A stretch of DNA of 60,746 nucleotides from a virus (Duplodnaviria > Caudoviricetes), in IMG/VR virus record IMGVR_UViG_3300049491_000195, positions 1 through 60,746 of that record, one strand, 5' to 3'. Of the stretch, positions 56,055 through 60,746 are shown one piece after another. Position numbers and translations under genes: made by a program. Position 1 is the first letter of the stretch. The number at the start of each line of letters is the position of its first letter. A model generated the notes under the pieces. It did no database searches. It saw only the letters and a list, made by a program, of their open reading frames with translations, and was not told the DNA's origin.

Positions 56055-56396
56055 TTAGTGTAACAGACCCTGACCCAACTCTTCAAGGTGCTCCAGCACA
56101 ATCTTGTCGTAGCCATTTTGTACTGCGTATTCGATGATTTCGGAGAGGACAACTTGTTCGTCGGGAGTAGAATACCAGAGAACCTTGTAAGGATCAATTG
56201 TATCTGTTCCGGATAGTGTTGCAACTGATTTTTCGAGGTAGTTTTTAATGGATCCAAATTCTGGTGTAAACTTTCCCAGAGCAGCATCAAGTATTTCAGA
56301 ATGCGTAACCACCTGGATCTTCTTAATGACGTTACCGGAAGTATCGGTAACTGTGTATTCGGTCCCCAACGAGTCGATATTAGTATTTTTGAACAT
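56055..56396 (-). CDS. hypothetical protein
   Basis: ORF directly after SOD. Confidence 0.65.
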   Translation of the reverse strand: MFKNTNIDSLGTEYTVTDTSGNVIKKIQVVTHSEILDAALGKFTPEFGSIKNYLEKSVATLSGTDTIDPYKVLWYSTPDEQVVLSEIIEYAVQNGYDKIVLEHLEELGQGLLH

Positions 56397-56397
56397 T

Positions 56398-56946
56398 TTA
56401 GTTTAACCTCGCGTTTATTATTTTCCAGTCTATAATGTTCCAAATACTTTTAAGGTATTTCTCCTTATCAGCACCGTAGTCTATTATATACGAATGTTCC
56501 CACATGTCAACAATTAATGCCACATTGCTAACATCCTTATGATTGGTGATTGTTTTGATAATCCCCTTTGTATCTAAATATACCCAGCCCGAGCCGTGTA
56601 TACCTAGGGCAGTTTTTGTGAACGATTCCTTAAACTTGTCAAAGTCTCCAAACTTACTGTTGATAAGAATTTTGGATGCATCAGATGGTTTATTTGATGA
56701 TTTTGGAACTTGAAGCTGCTCAAAGAATAGTGTATGCAGCTTTGCTCCTGCTACTTGAAATTCTCCCTCGCCGGCAAGTGCCTTTTTGACATAATTTTTG
56801 TACAGTGTTCCATAATGCAAGTCAATTGCATCCTTGGAAAATACTGGAGACAGTTCTGTATCTTTTACAGGTAATTGAATCTGATAAACCTCTGTCTCAG
56901 CAGTTACCTTCTCAATTAAAGTACGAAATGAGTTATCGTCTGACAT
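56398..56946 (-). CDS. Fe/Mn superoxide dismutase (compact)
   Basis: LHY..LY.NYV, LH.LFF, FG.F..FK..F, GSGWVYL, DMWEHSY; four metal ligands present. Confidence 0.85.
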   Translation of the reverse strand: MSDDNSFRTLIEKVTAETEVYQIQLPVKDTELSPVFSKDAIDLHYGTLYKNYVKKALAGEGEFQVAGAKLHTLFFEQLQVPKSSNKPSDASKILINSKFGDFDKFKESFTKTALGIHGSGWVYLDTKGIIKTITNHKDVSNVALIVDMWEHSYIIDYGADKEKYLKSIWNIIDWKIINARLN

Positions 56947-56954
56947 AATAGTAT

Positions 56955-57992
56955 TTATGGAAAATGGAGGAACTTAGATTTGTTATCGTAGAACCTCTTT
57001 ACACCGACCATTCTGTCAAGTGTACCACGTTCAATGATTTCATCAAGGTATTTCTTAACTTCAATATCTGCTTCCTCTTGTGGAATTTCTTCAAGTGTGA
57101 TATTTGACACAGATATGGTGGCCAAATTGGTTGGATCTTGCCCTAAAATTACAGGGAAGAAAGTAACATTTGCCTTACCATACAAAACGTCTCTATAATC
57201 CACATTTACAGAATAATCTTCGCTTGCAGGTTGGACAAATAGAATGGAGTGAAAGTTTCTTGCGTCAGAATTAACAATTCCCAAGAATTCCGACCTGGAT
57301 GCATGATAAGAATGAATCTTATTTTCGTCAATTACATTCGACGAACCCTTACCAAACAATACATGGGTGTAGGAAGTATCATCCTGTGCAATAATATTCC
57401 TATAGAAGAAAGACAGTGCTGAGATATGATTTTGGTAGAAGGTTCTTAGGTCGAGCTTTGCAGTTGTTTGCAGAATATAATTGGTTACGGCATTCAGCGC
57501 ACTATAACTTTCAATTTCTTCAACAATTTCAACATGTATGCCAATCGCCACTTCAACCACAATGACGGAATTGTAAAACGTTTCATAATCCGATTTATAC
57601 TTTAGGTAAATGGGTTCGTCTACCTCTCCCACAATTTGGAACATGGTGTGATTCTGACACACAAGATATGCCATTGTGGAGAAAGTATCCGGATTATACA
57701 GACTGCGCGGATTACTATTCTGGTTCTTATTTTCCATTGAGTTGGTAATAATCACGCTTGGATGATCATACAACTCTTTACTGATATGAACTTCGTTTCC
57801 GGCGATAATTGCAATCAAACCATTTAATCCAGGATCAACAATCATCTGGGCCTTATTTCCTTGAATGAAAAATCGCTGATCAAAGAAGGTATCCAGGTTA
57901 GTGTGTTGATACTTTTCCTGGATAGCTGAATAACTTAGTTCTGGGTAGTATTTTCCTAGGAAGGCTTTTACTGGAATTCTATTATCGGACAT
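56955..57992 (-). CDS. divergent SufD/SufB-like beta-helix protein
   Basis: EKY..T.L N-terminal motif, PIYL, V.IVEE, YT.VLFG pattern typical of SufBD; C-terminus degenerate. Confidence 0.5.
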   Translation of the reverse strand: MSDNRIPVKAFLGKYYPELSYSAIQEKYQHTNLDTFFDQRFFIQGNKAQMIVDPGLNGLIAIIAGNEVHISKELYDHPSVIITNSMENKNQNSNPRSLYNPDTFSTMAYLVCQNHTMFQIVGEVDEPIYLKYKSDYETFYNSVIVVEVAIGIHVEIVEEIESYSALNAVTNYILQTTAKLDLRTFYQNHISALSFFYRNIIAQDDTSYTHVLFGKGSSNVIDENKIHSYHASRSEFLGIVNSDARNFHSILFVQPASEDYSVNVDYRDVLYGKANVTFFPVILGQDPTNLATISVSNITLEEIPQEEADIEVKKYLDEIIERGTLDRMVGVKRFYDNKSKFLHFP

Positions 57993-58021
57993 TCGACTCC
58001 TGCATTACAGGATATTTATGG

Positions 58022-58333
58022 TTATACTTCTTCAAATGTTGCAGTTAGCGGGAAGTTATTCGCACGAGAGAATGAAATAGTCTCGATCGTCTTTTCTTCC
58101 GCAATTTCTCTTGTATAAGGAGAACCTGCAATGCCCTGTTGGTTGACGTGGATGGCCTTTGTGATTTCAATGGCATCTTCCACAGTCCTGTGGAAAATCT
58201 GGACAAGGACAAGTATCACGAAATCAAATGTCGTGGTATCGTCGTTGTGGAGCAGGACCTTGTACATCTTTGGAATCTGTACTTTGATCGTCTCATCAAT
58301 TTTCTCGATGACTTCAATATCTGCGGTTGACAT
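58022..58333 (-). CDS. clpS: ClpS adaptor
   Basis: PKMYKVLLHNDDTTTFDFVI...IH..G.AG.Y.REIAE...FPL; promoter TTGACA-17-TAAACT at ~58360-58388. Confidence 0.93.
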   Translation of the reverse strand: MSTADIEVIEKIDETIKVQIPKMYKVLLHNDDTTTFDFVILVLVQIFHRTVEDAIEITKAIHVNQQGIAGSPYTREIAEEKTIETISFSRANNFPLTATFEEV

Positions 58334-58394
58334 ATTCGTAATCCCCGGGTAATTGCGTTAGTTTACGCTACCCGGGGCCTCTTGTCAAGAAATA

Positions 58395-58817
58395 TTACTT
58401 AATGGCAATGAGCTTAGGTTGTACTTCCTCTGGAAGATTCCTCATCAATGTGATTGATAGGATACCATCTTCGAGTTTAGCATCAACGATTTCTAAGAAT
58501 TCGGCCATCTTAAACTTCTTTTCAAAGTTGCGACGACCAATGCCACGATATTGGAAAGTATCTTCCGCATCCTCTGGGAAACCGTTTTCCTTTGTGCCTT
58601 TAATAACAAGTTCACCCTGGTGTTCGGTAACAGAGATTTCATTCTTCTTGAATCCTGCCACTGCTAACTCAAGTATGAATACATTCTCAGTATTCTTGAT
58701 GATATTGTGTGGTGGATAGTTGTTTGTTGGAATGTGGAACTCCCTGAAGACAGGTCCAAAACCAAGAGACATTGCCTCGAGTTGATCAAAGAGGCGTGAG
58801 AAGTCGTTTCTAGACAT
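58395..58817 (-). CDS. small heat shock protein Hsp20 (IbpA-like)
   Basis: NYPPHNI, LELAVAGF, YRGIGRRNF, AKLEDGILSI. Confidence 0.93.
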   Translation of the reverse strand: MSRNDFSRLFDQLEAMSLGFGPVFREFHIPTNNYPPHNIIKNTENVFILELAVAGFKKNEISVTEHQGELVIKGTKENGFPEDAEDTFQYRGIGRRNFEKKFKMAEFLEIVDAKLEDGILSITLMRNLPEEVQPKLIAIK

Positions 58818-58895
58818 AATTTACTCCTAATATAGCAAGTTATTTGCGCACCATGCGCGATTTGCAAGGCCCCACTATTGGGCACCCTGCAAATT
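58818..58895 (-). promoter_or_regulatory. ROSE-like RNA thermometer in the hsp20 leader
   Basis: Two upstream hairpins, then ACTTGCT-loop-AGGAGT, pairing the U(U/C)GCU motif with the Shine-Dalgarno. Confidence 0.6.
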
Positions 58896-58908
58896 TATTT
58901 ATCACTGA

Positions 58909-59766
58909 TTATAGAGGTGTGAACCTAAAATTCTTTACCCACATATAACGAGTGACGTCGGGTGTACCTAGTCCACCCCAATTTGTATCATTGGTCCCCC
59001 AATGATTGAACAAGAACGGTGCTGGTTGAGTTGGTACAACCTTTGTATGTGTACCAATTAGCACATTATTTCTGTAGAATTGAATCTTACCGGGTGTCCA
59101 AACAAACTTATAGTCGAAGAATGCTTCGTGTGGAAGTGCTCCGGCCGGAGAAACATCAGTATGCTCATTTGGCTTGGTTTCATCAATCCAAGATGTAAGT
59201 TGAGTGGTGCGATTTCTTTCGTTACCTTCAACTTCAATGTCAATTTCCGTTGCAGAAGCTGTCAAATAGTTGAAGCAACCAGTAATGGATCCACTAACAG
59301 GTGTTCCTACGGCTTCAGGTGTTGCTGCTGTTGAGCTTGCCTTAACTGAATATTCGTATGTACCATATCCAAACTTCTCTACAGTAGCAATCTCGCCACC
59401 CTTTGAGGAAATACCATACGACACCGCCGATTGGTTCAGGGTTAAGCACAAAACACCGTTAACAATTGTGGCGTTTTTGGCTAAAAACGTGCCCTTGTGT
59501 ACTGCGTTAGTGCCAGGTGCTGCCCATGTAGAGATGACCCATTTTGCAGGATCAATTTTACCAGAATCAAATCCATCAACAAAGGTAGGCAATGCTACCA
59601 CTGGTGGAGGTGCTGGTACAGGAGCAGGTGGTGGGGGCACGAGTGCCGGAGGCATCGGTGCAGGTGGGGTAAAAGGAGGAGGCGCCGGAACAGGTGTTGG
59701 CGCCGGAACAGAAATTGTATTCTTTCCGAATAGTTTATCGAGAAATCGTCTTATTGCTTTCATCAT
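58909..59766 (-). CDS. glycoside hydrolase family 16 with Pro-rich N-terminal linker
   Basis: GYGTYE, catalytic EIDIE, Y.F.WTP..I.FY. Confidence 0.85.
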   Translation of the reverse strand: MMKAIRRFLDKLFGKNTISVPAPTPVPAPPPFTPPAPMPPALVPPPPAPVPAPPPVVALPTFVDGFDSGKIDPAKWVISTWAAPGTNAVHKGTFLAKNATIVNGVLCLTLNQSAVSYGISSKGGEIATVEKFGYGTYEYSVKASSTAATPEAVGTPVSGSITGCFNYLTASATEIDIEVEGNERNRTTQLTSWIDETKPNEHTDVSPAGALPHEAFFDYKFVWTPGKIQFYRNNVLIGTHTKVVPTQPAPFLFNHWGTNDTNWGGLGTPDVTRYMWVKNFRFTPL

Positions 59767-60562
59767 TGCAGGCCTTTACATGTTTTGTCTGCAACATTTC
59801 TTCGAAATCGACAATGTTGCAGCGTCCGTCTATATTTATACGACGAACCTGTAAAGGTGACATCCCAACAGAATTATTACTATCCGATGTTACCAGCATA
59901 GTTGATGTAAATCCCATATCCGAAATCATCTTCATCACATCACTGCGAATATAGCCAAATGGCCATGCAAAGGATTTAACTTTTACACCAATAGCATGTT
60001 CAATGAGTATCTTTGACATAGCAATCTCGCCAATCATGGTGCGACTGTCGAGACTATCCATCTTATCTGCCCATTCCATAAAATGGGTGTGAGTATGTGC
60101 CCCAATTTCAAAATTCTTATTCTGAGCCAATAACATCAACTCACTTTCAGTTAAATATTCGGGATCATTTACAAACCCACTCACAGCATAGAAAGTAGCA
60201 GAAAAATTGTGTCCATTTAAGACTCGTACAGCATTCAATCCAGATTTCCAACCGTCATCGAATGTCAATACTACAGTCTTAGAAGGAAGTTGTATATTTC
60301 CGTTCAGGAATTCTGTCAATTCGGACGCTGTAATTGTCTTGTATCCGTTTGCTTGGAGATAAGACATCTGTTCGGCAAATTTGGAGGTTCCTACAATCGT
60401 CTCACCTAATGGTTTAGAGTCTGTCACCTGATGATACATCAGGGCAGGAATTTCTATTGGCGTGCAAGATTCCTTATTAATAGTAGACGAACTCATACAA
60501 CGGCCATTGGCAAAAACACTGCATGAGGTAATTGCAATCAGGGCGCCAATCAGAAATTTCAT
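59735..60562 (-). CDS. secreted polysaccharide deacetylase (NodB/CE4)
   Basis: Signal peptide, LMYH, LTFDDG, GAHTHTH, FAWPFG. Confidence 0.9.
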   Translation of the reverse strand: MKFLIGALIAITSCSVFANGRCMSSSTINKESCTPIEIPALMYHQVTDSKPLGETIVGTSKFAEQMSYLQANGYKTITASELTEFLNGNIQLPSKTVVLTFDDGWKSGLNAVRVLNGHNFSATFYAVSGFVNDPEYLTESELMLLAQNKNFEIGAHTHTHFMEWADKMDSLDSRTMIGEIAMSKILIEHAIGVKVKSFAWPFGYIRSDVMKMISDMGFTSTMLVTSDSNNSVGMSPLQVRRINIDGRCNIVDFEEMLQTKHVKACNDESNKTISR

Positions 60563-60746
60563 TTTATGGTCACTTTCGAAGTTGAACAACAGTCCATTAG
60601 CTGATTATACACTTCGGGCGTCACGTTTACGCAACCGGCTGTGACAGTTATACGATGCTCAGCATATGGGCTTCTAATTCTTGCAAGACGTTGTTGCCCT
60701 GGGATATCTAATACCCGATGGATGGCGTATATATCATTTCCATCTA
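60559..60746 (-). CDS. L,D-transpeptidase (YkuD-like), 3' part; start lies outside the window
   Basis: Manual translation ...IYAIHRV...RITVTAGCVNV: H and T-x-GC-x-N catalytic motif. Confidence 0.7.
   Translation of the reverse strand, partial: DGNDIYAIHRVLDIPGQQRLARIRSPYAEHRITVTAGCVNVTPEVYNQLMDCCSTSKVTIK

Noticed and set aside
59620-59712. GC-rich repetitive tract
   Set aside because: Explained by the Pro-rich linker of the GH16 protein
1-60746. CRISPR array, diversity-generating retroelement, integrase or transposase
   Set aside because: No regularly spaced repeats, reverse transcriptase or recombinase motifs were seen
1-60746. Stop-codon reassignment as in some jumbo phages
   Set aside because: Conserved genes are full length in code 11, and TAA, TGA and occasional TAG (e.g. 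36017) all end genes

Overview
About 61 kb of a large T4-superfamily (jumbo myovirus-like) dsDNA phage genome, resembling the Rak2/GAP32-type jumbo phages in gene content. Genes are densely packed, almost all on the minus strand, and read in the standard code. The IscU-like gene and a PhaR-like operator suggest a proteobacterial host, possibly a betaproteobacterium (inference). From left to right: (1) a 7-deazaguanine base-modification locus (QueE, QueD-like, TGT/DpdA-like) interleaved with GalE, a GT-B glycosyltransferase and a MazG-like enzyme; (2) a duplicated two-gene cassette whose proteins each carry a different fragment of the gp23 major capsid protein; (3) replication genes (PolB, probable sliding clamp, clamp loader, DNA ligase, a DnaE fragment, a DEDDh exonuclease); (4) a virion fibre/structural block; (5) host-like proteostasis, Fe-S and translation genes (ClpA, ClpP, ClpS, DnaJ, GroES, Hsp20 with a ROSE-like leader, IscU, IscA, SufD-like, SOD, IF-1, PhoH); (6) an expanded family of small paralogues; (7) an HNH-RNA ligase fusion and a PagP-like outer-membrane protein; (8) a 141-nt tRNA-like RNA with a 69-nt structured D-loop; (9) a cell-envelope remodelling cluster. 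Two promoter classes recur: sigma70-like, and T4-late-like ATAAATA. All calls come from motif recognition by eye; no database searches were run.
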